A stretch of 64,000 nucleotides of DNA. Source: Octopus sinensis (Eukaryota). Below are positions 52,686 to 64,000 of the stretch, in pieces. Each line of letters opens with the position of its first letter. Position 1 is the first letter of the stretch. A model generated the notes under the pieces. The model saw only the letters and a list, made by a program, of their open reading frames with translations, ran no database searches and had not been told where the DNA came from. The stretch is taken from contig NC_043000.1 in the NCBI RefSeq assembly GCF_006345805.1, forward strand, positions 94,240,001 through 94,304,000, written 5' to 3'. Both the position numbers and the translations under genes were made by a program.

Positions 52686-54700
52686 GCATGCTTGTATGTA
52701 TATATGTATGTCTGTGTGTACATATATGTGTATATATATATATATATTATATATATATATATATATATAAGAACTATATATACATACATATATATATATA
52801 TACACACGTAGCAAAGTGACTGCAATACAATATAGAACACAATATCAAAACATTTCCGCTAGATTTTTATTCTCCTCTTTACTAACTTCAATGAGTTGTT
52901 TCTTAATTTATTCAATTATATCACATTTTTTGTACTTTTACTTCTTTACTCTTTACTGACAGATTTGTATTCTTTGAGGCATTTGAGAGCGAGTAACCCA
53001 CTCCTTATCCTTATCTAAAATGTCGGATGTATGTGAAAATCGTGCGCTGGATTTTTGTTTTTGTCTTTTATAAGGAATGGCTTGAACATTTGGCGGCTTA
53101 CTAACACAATTTTTCTTCCTCTTCTCTTCCTTTCCATCCAATATTAAACAATCTAGTCTTTGCTTCTGACCAATCGACCTACAACAGATAATCTCTCTTA
53201 ATTTCTCTTTTCTATTCCTTCACGGCTAAAATGTTAAGAACTAACACCAAACAACTCTGCCACAATCAACAGCAACAAAATCCTAAATAATAATACTTGG
53301 TCTTACTTTCTGTACCATCGTCTGATTGACAATAGTCTTAGAACAGAATCATATCTTCAGGACAACTATCTACGTAAATAAATACACGCATTGAAAGACG
53401 CAGCCTTCTGCCGTAAGTTAGCAACAGGCCCTGTACAATAAACGGTTGTTTCCATGAGTTTATTCGATGTACCTCCGTAAGAAATGAAGGAAAGATGTTG
53501 CAAAGGAAGAAGAGATGTTGTAAACGAAGGAAAGGGGTTGCAAACGAAGCAAAGGCATAACAGAAGAAGGAAAGATGTAGCAAATGAATTAAATTCGTTG
53601 AGAACGAATAAAAGACATTACGAAAAAAAGCCACGCAAACAAATAAAGAATAAAAGGAATGAAACAAAATAACTTTAAGGTCAAAATTATAAATTTGATA
53701 CTCAGAGAAATCGTTATAAGTCTTCGGACATTGTTCTTAATCAGTACATGGTGTAGAGTAGAGAGGAGATAAGCGAAAAAACTAGAACAAGAAGAAAGAT
53801 AGGATAAAATAAAGCGGAAAAAGTTCACCTTTAAAAATGTCCGTGCAATAATCTTACACACAAATCGTTTTATACGTACATAACTACATACATACATATA
53901 TATATATATAATTACACACACACACTCACAAGTACGTGCACACAAACACACACACACACACTCACACACACACACAGGTTCGCTACAGCTGTTTTAGATG
54001 GGTTTTTATTGATGAACAAATCAATTACATCGTGTAAAAGGAAACATTTTCTTCGGGTGAATTAAGAGTAAAATTTAATATTTTGGATTTTTCACACAAT
54101 TTTATACGACAGCTTGTTTATATAAATATATATGCATATGCATGCACGTACGTAATTATATATTATAGACATCGCTTGCATATATGTGTGTATGTTTACA
54201 GTCATATGTATACATATATTTGAGAAAAGCGGCTATTTACCTCCATGTTTTACACGGAGAGAAAGTTCTATGATGAAATACATGCCAACTGTAACCAGAC
54301 CACTTTTTCTAGACTATATTATCGAAGGAGTTCTATCTATAAAAACAACAGGGTACGTTTTGGGGTATATTAGGCTGCTGTCTCAAGCATTTTGTGCGAC
54401 TACAATATCCCATCTTCACTGGATCATTGCGTGAGTTTTCCTTTGTCAGGATTTTCTTTTTGGGTGGGGGGTTTGTTTACATTTTTAATCTACTTGTGGT
54501 TGTACGAGAAGCAAAGTTAAGGGGGAAAATTCATTTCGCTTCCAAAAACAGTTCGATTCATCTTCTAGATTGCTTGAAAGCAGCCAGTCGTTTGACTGTA
54601 CTAAGCATTTCTTCAACCTAATTCCTCAAAAACCACAAACCATCCACAAAAGTACACATACAAAATGAACGCATCTATAAACATACATTTACACATGCTG

Positions 54701-54733
<33 letters not shown>

Positions 54734-54800
54734 CATACATACATACATACATGCATATATACATACATATTTCGACGTATACACACACATATATAAGTAT

Positions 54801-54874
<74 letters not shown>

Positions 54875-55739
54875 ATATATATATATATATACATACATAC
54901 ATCTCTGTGTGTGTATGTCTGTGTATTTGAGCGTGAATAGTGTTTATGTTACTGTTGCGATAGCTATTATCAGATTCTCATATCACTGTTCTCTTTCTAT
55001 ATTTTTTTGCATTATTTATTGCGTTTTTAGCTGATTGTTGTTGTTATTGTTATTGTTATTATTATTGTTGTTGTTGTAGTTGTTGTTGTTGTTTTTGTTC
55101 TTGTTGTTGTATTTTTTATACTGTCAAAATTACTATTATCAACACGAATTGTTTGGCCATTGGGGTTAAAACCTTACAAACTTCTAGAATTTTCGCACGC
55201 AACCCTAAGACTAGCTGGGGTCAAATCATCGCTTTTTATTTGACTGCTAAAATAACGTATATATCACTGCTGGCTCAAGTGCTAATGTAAATAGCAAGAG
55301 TTTGTGTGGATGTTGTAATGTTTTCGAATCTGTTCCTCTGTAATGGAAACCTAGCTGAACATTGAAAAGTTCAAATGATTGTTGGACGCTTGTTTAATGC
55401 ATTCGTGTAACTGATGTATGCGTCTATGAAACGGAATGATATACACAACGCAATATATATATATATATATATATAATATATAATATATATAGATATATAG
55501 ATAGAGAGAGAGAGAAAGAGAGAAAGTGGGGAGAGAGAGACAGTGCCAGATAGATAGACATACATACAGATAGACTGATAGATAGATAGATAGATAGACA
55601 GCTAGATAGATAGATAGACAGCTAGATAGATAGATAGACAGACAAACAGACAGACAGACAGATATATAGATAGATTCATAGACAGACAGACAGACAGATA
55701 GACAGACAGACAGACAGACTGACAGACAGACAGGCAGAC

Positions 55740-55835
<96 letters not shown>

Positions 55836-58199
55836 GTGTATGTATATTCTTACATGCGAATATAAATACATACGTACGACATACTATGAACTCTTTTGGC
55901 AATGAATTCTTCGTTTATTTGACATGCACATATATTTGTGGATGCATGTATACGTGTATGTGCGTATTTATGTATATACGTATGTATATGCATATGTACA
56001 CAAATATGTATATATGATTGTACATGAATATGTGTGCGTAAATACATATGTGTAAATACTCCTATATTTATATGCATGTATATTTAATATATATGCACAT
56101 GCACACTCATACAAGCATACGTGCACAAACACACATATTTATGTATATGTGTATGTGCATGTATATTTGAATGTATATGAGTATGCATGTGTGTTAATGC
56201 ACATATAAGTTACAAGATATGCATATATGTTTAATGTACATTCATAGACACACTGACACACACGTATATGTATATGTGGAAGCGAGCGAGTGTATGTATA
56301 TAGATATTAAAAGATGGAGAACGAGAGCGTTAAATACCAAGTCTAGATTGTTATATTTTTGAATAGAAACTGAAACTTCACAAATCGGCACTTGAAGGAA
56401 TGGTTTTTGAGGATTCAGCTTCCAATAAAATATTAACTTTAATATGTTAAATGCAGGATGGTCACAAGCTGGTAGAATCGTTACCGCAACCGAGCAAAAT
56501 ACTTAGCGGTATTTCGTCCGTCTTTTCGTTCTGAGTTTTAAATTTCGTTGAGGTCGACTTTGCCACTCATCCCTTTGGGGTCGATAAAATAAGTACCAGT
56601 TGTGCAGTGGAGTCGATGTAATCGACTAACCCACTTTCTCAAATTTCTGGCCTTGTGCCAAAATTTGAACTCAATATGTAAAATGCATGATCGTGTCGAA
56701 TTGATAAAATCATTAGCACTCCGGTAAGAATGTTTATCGGCAATTTTTTTTTCTGGCATTACGTTTTGAGTTGTATTTCTGCCGAGGTCGACTTGTTGAT
56801 GAAATTAGTACGAGGCTCGGGGTAATCGACTATTCTCCAACACTATGTATTCAGGTCCTGTGTCTTTAGAAGAAAGTAAAATATATATATATTTATAAAA
56901 TCTAAGTTTTGTTTTCTCTTTTTGATTGATTGTTGTATCTGTGCTTCATTTATATTTTATTTCCCTGGTTGTACTATGCCACAGAGGTGATGGAGAGTCA
57001 ACAGTCAACGTCATCCTCAATAACTCTTACAGTAGCCATTTTGTTGCATCGCTCTAACTAAAGTACAAAATGGCTACAGCATGCAAAATATACCACTGTG
57101 TCTTATGTAGATAAGACACAAACTTGGTTTGCTTATCTTTCTTTCTTGTCTTCTTTCCCTTCAGTTCCGCAGTGTCTACCTTGGTCAAAGAAAAGTCATA
57201 CTATATACATTATCCAGGGCTGTTTCAATTGTTTATTCGCAAACGTAAAAAAGATCCACTGTATCTTTCAAGCCAGAAATAATAGGTGTTATTCTTCTCT
57301 TCCCTATTCCAGAAGGAGATGAGGTATGCGTACAAATTCCCTTGTCACTCAGCTCTAAAAAGCAGCCGTTTTATCCGTTATGTTGTGTCGGCCCTGTTTG
57401 AGGTAGCGCTATAGAAAGAAACGAATTAGCAACGTGTAATAGTTTCTTAATTTCTATCATCACATATCAAAATTAGCGTATATATATGAATGTGCGAGTA
57501 TGTGTGTTTGTGAAAGTGTGTTTGTGTGTATGTGAGTATGCTTCGGTATAACTGTTATCGTTATTCGTGTCATTCAAATAATTCAAAACATTATTTTTTT
57601 TCAGTCAGAAAGCAATACTTTTATTGTAAATTAAATGTTCTGTTGAGCAATTGAATTTGCTTCTTTTTCTGTTTATTGTCTTTAAAAACGTGTTTATTTA
57701 CGTCGGAAATTTTAGAGAAGGGGGTGTATTTTGCAAGTTGTTGCCATTTTGTTTGGGGAATACGACTGTAGAAAATAAATTTATTCTTAGAAAATTTAAG
57801 TATCTTTTTATCTAAACGAGGGGGAAATAATGGAAAGAACTAAATTTTTATCTCTTTATTTAAAGCTGTGCATTAAAAATTGTTTCTTTCTGCATAATTT
57901 TTGTTGGAAAAACTCCTTGATATGGGAGAGCAAAACGAAACATGTCTGTTTCAATGATATTAATACTAATTGTTTCAAATGTTAGCGCAACACCAGCAAT
58001 TTTAGAAGAAAGCGATTAGTTTCCTTAGTGAGCTAGTACATTATTTGCTGGCCGCGAAAGGATAAAAGTCAAAGTCGACATGAAAGGCAAAGTTTTGTCC
58101 GATGTGCTTACATCGAAACCAATATTGGATTGGTATTTAATTTATTGATCCCCGAAAGGAGGAAAACAAAGTTGACATCGGTGGAACTTGAACTCAGAT

Positions 58200-58740
58200 C
58201 GTAAATATGAATAGATAAAATGCGAGAAAGCATTTTTCCCGGTGTGATAACGATTCTGCCAGCACGGAGCCCTAAATAATAATATTGGCATCAAATTTTG
58301 GCATAAGGCCAGCTATTTGAGGGAGGGGGTAAGTCGTCGATTACGTCAACCCCAGTGTTCAACTGGTACTTGTTGTATCGATCCCGAAAAGCTGAAGGGT
58401 AAAGTCGACCTCGGCAGTATTTGAACTCAGAACGTAAAGACGGACGAAATTCCGCTAAATATTTTGCCTGTCGTGCTAATGATCCTGCCACTACGCCACG
58501 TTTATGAATCATATTGGTTTCAGATTTCGACAGAAGACCAACAGTTTTGGGGAAGGTGGGGGACAAGTCGAGTAAATCGACCCCAGCGTTCAACTGGTAC
58601 TTTTTTTATCGACTCTGAAAGGATGAAAAGCAAAATAAATCTCGGCGGAATTTGAACTCAGAACATAAGGACGGACAAAAAAATGCCACTATTTCATCCA
58701 GTGTGCAAATGGTTCTGCCAGTACGCCGCCCTTAATTATA
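58200..58740 (-). mobile_element. Cluster of SINE family A copies
   Basis: Repeated atttgaactcagaac, aaagtcgacctcggc and actggtact on the plus strand. Confidence 0.75.
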
Positions 58741-60108
58741 ATATTAATTTATGGTTTAGCCACGTGCCAGCAAGCTAAAGGGAGTTGGTTAGTCGATGCA
58801 ATAGATCCCAGTCTTCGAAGAAGAGTAGTTAATTTTATTGACACGGCGGCTTGAAAAGGATAATTTTGACGTCAACGGGATTTAAACTGTGAAGGTGAAG
58901 AACCGAAAGAAATACATCAAATTGCCGAACACATGCAGTTAAGTCAATACTTACATCCTAGTCTTGTTACCAGTGAGGATTTGATCATTTTTGTACGCAT
59001 ACATCCTCAGCCTTTCTTTTAAAAAATCAGTGATTAAAAGTGCACGGCTTTGCTTTTGGTGAAATATATGCAGCCAACCATCTTAAACCACGATTAATAT
59101 AGCAACAACATCAATTTTGACAATGATACCACACGCATTAATTCCAAAAACGCGACATTAGTAACCCCGCGGTCAAAAAAAACACAACAACGCAAGCTCG
59201 CGTTATCCAAATATGAACAAATAAATTTGGTTAAGATATAAGTAAATGCACATACCAAAAGGAAGAAAACACAGCTAACTGTATGCCATTTGTAATTTAA
59301 AAAATTAATAAGCTTCCGAATTTTATTTCATTTTCTCTTTTTTAATCGCTTCATGTGATTATTTTCTTCAATGCTGGAGATAGGAAAGATTAAAATGAAC
59401 TTGTATGATTTGAACTGAAGTTTAAGATAACGAGTGAAATCTTCTTAAGAATGCACAGTTGAAAAGGGAGAAAATAAACTTATAACACTGTCTTTCTTGA
59501 ATTATAAATATTGAGGAGCTTCGAGAAGACAGACTTTCAGTGTCAAAGCTTAGTTGTGTTTCATGGTGTTGAAGTGAATGAGGAATCAGTCAACACTTTG
59601 ATAGGTCGCCAGTTTATGGCAGGTGATACTTTCATATGATCTGATATCTTATCTATTATCAAAGATTAACCGGCCTTCTTAGATATTTGTTAAAACAGTA
59701 GTAACAGAACTTAAATTCCAATTCCTTTATCTGTTTTATTCTTTACTATTCTACACAATAATTCTATTTCTTTCTTTTTTTTCCATCATATAAATACATA
59801 AATCGTAAGAAGGTAGCAATTTGGCAGTAACTGATAGCGCGTCGGACCAAATGCATAACGGCATTTCTTTCGGCTCTTTGTGTTCTGAGTTCAAATTCCG
59901 CCGCGAGAGATTTTGCCTTCCAATTTTTCGTGGTCGATATAATAAGTACCAGTTAAACACTGGCGTTGATATAATCGATTAGTCTACCACTAGAATCGGT
60001 GATCTTGCGCCAAAAGTATTACTAATATTAATGCAGCGAGTTGGGTGAATCGCTAGCGCGTTAGGGAAAATATTGAGATCTTTTGCTTCCAGTAGAAAGG
60101 ATTATTAC

Positions 60109-60195
<87 letters not shown>

Positions 60196-60206
60196 TATCA
60201 TTAACA

Positions 60207-60242
<36 letters not shown>

Positions 60243-60249
60243 CATTGTC

Positions 60250-61658
60250 ATTTACTTTTAATCTGCATGTTTGATGCAATCACCTGCCGGCACACCCAGC
60301 GCCTAGGGCAAGTGAAGGTTAAGAGTTGTTGAAATATAGATGAAAGCTTGGGGAGGGGAAGTAGAGAAAATCTCCATGTACTACAAAAACACAAACCTTT
60401 ACATTGATAGGGTTTTTCTAAGGATGTGGGCCAGTAGTACTTGTTAGCACAATCTTTTGGATTTCTTGAGACATGACATGTTTTCCAGGGATATTGTCTA
60501 GGTGTTTCTGACATCCCTTTTTTTCATACCTAGGGCACCTACAATAACAGGAACAGTTTTGTTTTAAGATTCCACATCCTCTGTATTTCGATTTCCAGGT
60601 CCTTATATTTACTAAGTTTGTCAAATTCCTTGACAGATACATTTTTATCAGTGGGGACGCTTACTTCTATTAGTCTGCAGGTATTTTCTTCCTTCTCTTA
60701 ACAATTATGTCTGGTCGATTAGCCTGATCGTTCTGTGTCAGTGTTGACTGGAAAATCCCAGAGGATGGTGACATCTTTACCTTCAACAACTGGCTGAGGA
60801 TGGTGTTCATACCAGTTAGCAGGAGTGTCGGATTTGTAGTGTTTACATATCTTCCAATGTATATACTGTCCTACCCTATCGTGGCGATTTTTGTATTCGT
60901 TTGGTGTCAGCACAGGACATCCCGAAACGAGATGGTCTATTGTTTCGTCAAATGTGTCACAGAATCTGCATTTAGGGTCAGTACCGTTTCGGAGAACGTT
61001 AGCCTGGTAATTTCTGGTAAACAAGCTTTGATCTTGTGCTGCCATTATGAAGCCTTCAGTCTCTGCTTTCAATCCAGAACTCTTCAGCCACTGATGGGTT
61101 GTTGCTTGGTCTACATCAGCATTTTGGCTTCGGAGAATGTATTGTCCATGCAGGGGCTTCTGGCTCCACCGCCTCTCAATTTGATTCTGCCCATTCTTTT
61201 TTGCAGTCTGCCTGATTCGCTTTGCTTGCTTGGTAGCAGTGGTTTCTGGCTCTTCACCTGATTCAAGGTTAATGCCTAGTTCCCTTTCGAACTTATAAGC
61301 TTCCTTGACAATAGAATGCAGCTTTTTGCTGCTTTCGTGTTCACACACAAGTCGCAGCATCCAGTCTTTTGTACTAGATAGGTACCTGTTCATTCCTACA
61401 GTAGAGGTCTTATAGCACAGCTCCAATTGCATCATTCCTCTCCCCCCGCTGCTTCTAGGTAGGTACAAGCGGTCTACATCTGCCTTAGGGTGGTGCATGC
61501 TCCTGGATGTCAGTAACTTTCTTGTCTTCCTGTCCAAGCGTTGGAGTTCCGTAAGGTTCCAGTTAATGATGTTAAAACTGTACTGGACTACTGGAAGTGC
61601 CAGGGTGCTAATGGCCTCAATGCAATTTTTGGAGTTGAGTTCAGTCTTCAGTACAAGC

Positions 61659-61660
<2 letters not shown>
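60250..61660 (-). mobile_element. R4/Dong-type LINE, 5'-truncated, with (TAA)n on both sides
   Basis: (TTA)n at ~60110-60240 and ~61660-61770 on the plus strand; contains the ORF listed next. Confidence 0.9.
60719..61537 (-). CDS. Longest real ORF: R4/Dong RT C-terminus, CCHC and start of RLE (272 aa, partial)
   Basis: DRKTRKLL..MHHPKADVDRLYLPRSSGGRG; LHGQY; ETEGFIMAAQDQ; CRFCDTFDETIDHLVSGC; RHDRVGQYIHW; LWDF. Confidence 0.85.
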   Translation of the reverse strand: MDRKTRKLLTSRSMHHPKADVDRLYLPRSSGGRGMMQLELCYKTSTVGMNRYLSSTKDWMLRLVCEHESSKKLHSIVKEAYKFERELGINLESGEEPETTATKQAKRIRQTAKKNGQNQIERRWSQKPLHGQYILRSQNADVDQATTHQWLKSSGLKAETEGFIMAAQDQSLFTRNYQANVLRNGTDPKCRFCDTFDETIDHLVSGCPVLTPNEYKNRHDRVGQYIHWKICKHYKSDTPANWYEHHPQPVVEGKDVTILWDFPVNTDTERSG

Positions 61661-61715
<55 letters not shown>

Positions 61716-62350
61716 TATTATTATTATTATTATTATTATCATTATTATTATTATTATTATTAATATTATTATTGCAGCGTTGAATTTGCAGAGCCAGAGT
61801 ACCGCTAGTTTTGGGATTATATTCAATTATCGCTATATTCTTGATTTTTGTCGTTACTTCAATTTTGATGCCTTACGCTTTCCGATCAAATCGTACCTTC
61901 ACTTTGCGTTTCATTTCCTCTCAGCACAGAAGTTGCTGCTGAAATAACTTCCATTAATCTATTGGGATTTCGAGGGAATCGATTTATCGCCCGATCTTCA
62001 AAAACAAAATAGGGCGTTTACCTAGACAGAAAGGAAATCATTATGAATCGTTTCAACTCTAAATTAAATCACATAGTCGAAATTTATTCTGAAAAATAAA
62101 AGGACAAAAATTATTGAATGAGAAAGAGCGTGTATATGTGAGTGAGTGTTTGTATGTACAAGAGACAGCGACTCGCGTAGTCTTATTCTCTTTTTGTTTC
62201 ATAGCTATAAGGCAGAAGGAACTTAATAGCATCAGTTTTACAGTCACTATGCAATCATTAGGAAATGGCTTGGAGTTTAAACTATCTGCTATGTGTACTA
62301 GAAAGTGTTTCCATAATAGAATATATGGAGAATATTTCTGGCGTGAAGAG

Positions 62351-62450
62351 NNNNNNNNNNNNNNNNNNNNNNNNNNNNNNNNNNNNNNNNNNNNNNNNNN
62401 NNNNNNNNNNNNNNNNNNNNNNNNNNNNNNNNNNNNNNNNNNNNNNNNNN
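62351..62450. other. Assembly gap (100 N)
   Basis: Run of N. Confidence 1.
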
Positions 62451-62680
62451 GCGCGGTTCTTGAACGCTGATCCATTACTTGCTCCCCAGACAAAAAAAGT
62501 GTGGCGGTGTTAAATCAGATAATCTTGGAAGCCTAAGTCCTTTTGAAATGATCTGTTCACCGAAAAACTCTTGAAGTAGTGCTATGGTGATGCGCAGGAT
62601 GAAAAAAATTCACTACGGAGAGACTCTTTGAACACAATGTGCATACAACACACACACATACACACACACACACACATATA

Positions 62681-62713
<33 letters not shown>

Positions 62714-63049
62714 CCATAGGTGTGTGTACACGTACATACACGTATATATATGCATATACATATGTGTGTGTGTTAGTATGTATATATATATTTATACACA
62801 TGCACGTATTCATAACTGCTTGTTTGTGTGTAAGTGTGAATATGTGATTATGGGTTCGTGCTGGTATGTATCAGTACTCTTAGAGTGGAATAACAATTAT
62901 TCAAAGCCGAGTACATGTGAGTCACTCCTCAATGGTTATCATTTCCGTTGGATGCCCGAGGAACGGAAAATAAACCACGGGCTCAGGTATGAATATATGC
63001 GTGTATACATACATACATACATACATACATACATACATACATACATACA

Positions 63050-63082
<33 letters not shown>

Positions 63083-63326
63083 GCATGCATGCATGCATGC
63101 ATCCACACACGAATACATACATATAAATACATAATGCATACATACATTCATGTTATACGATTGTCTTATTCAATATTCGGGTGATGACATCACAAGTTGC
63201 ATTGTCATCATGGATCTTTTAGAAACGTGAATTTATACGCGGAGAAAATAATGTATATAAATACAGAAACATCCATCCAAACTTTACGCATAGTATATAT
63301 ATATATATTTGTGTGTGTATGTATGT

Positions 63327-63402
<76 letters not shown>

Positions 63403-63406
63403 ATAC

Positions 63407-63439
<33 letters not shown>

Positions 63440-63770
63440 TGTATTGTATGTATGTATGTATTATGTATGTATGTATGCATGTATATTTATGTATATGTAT
63501 AGTTTAGGACAATCAGCAAGTTGTCATAATATGATTCAGAGTTTCAAATGCCGGAGCTAAGAGCTACGATGCATTTTCGTCGGCTATTTTGACAGCAGAC
63601 GCTATGAAAAAGACTGTTGAATAAAAGGAAACTTACTCAAATAGACAGCAAAAATTATAAAAGATAAAAAATGAAAAATAAAAATTATAAAACATACATG
63701 CAACCATATTCTCACAAAACAGATAAGACCTGCGTTCGTAAAGTCTACACGCTCGCATAAACATGTATAG

Positions 63771-63847
<77 letters not shown>

Positions 63848-64000
63848 TACCCATATACCCACAAAACATGCGTTCATTTACGTGCTCATATACACGTCTC
63901 TACACGCACACACGCATATACAAATATATATACATACACATACATGTATAAATATGCAGACAGACATACATATATGCATGTACACAACTTCATCTTCATA

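Overview
Very AT-rich, microsatellite-dense eukaryotic DNA. The SINE and LINE repertoire looks like Octopus/coleoid cephalopod, which is an inference from repeat families. No host protein-coding gene is recognisable; nearly all listed ORFs are read-throughs of simple repeats. Real coding signal is limited to decayed retroelements: eight R4/Dong-type RT-CCHC-RLE fragments embedded in trinucleotide microsatellites, plus Penelope-like (PLE; RT/GIY-YIG), Tx1/L1, RTE and CR1-like pieces. Also present are three tRNA-type SINE families, a Helentron/HINE-like nest, foldbacks and a 100-N gap. The main result is a set of hammerhead ribozyme (HHR) motifs. A ~340-bp tandem repeat at two loci (13.7-14.56 kb and 43.95-44.35 kb) carries in each monomer a minus-strand type I hammerhead with a non-canonical U3-A8 core (UUGA[C/U]AA), a palindromic stem III (AUCACGUGAU) and a stem II that covaries between copies. 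It looks like a retrozyme/circRNA-type element. A second U3-A8 hammerhead with an intact core ends a PLE fragment (3421-3462), a canonical hammerhead sits in a 453-bp permuted unit (2963-3045), and further variant or decayed motifs occur at 21.5, 40.3 and 47.2 kb. All folds were derived by eye; none has been tested.
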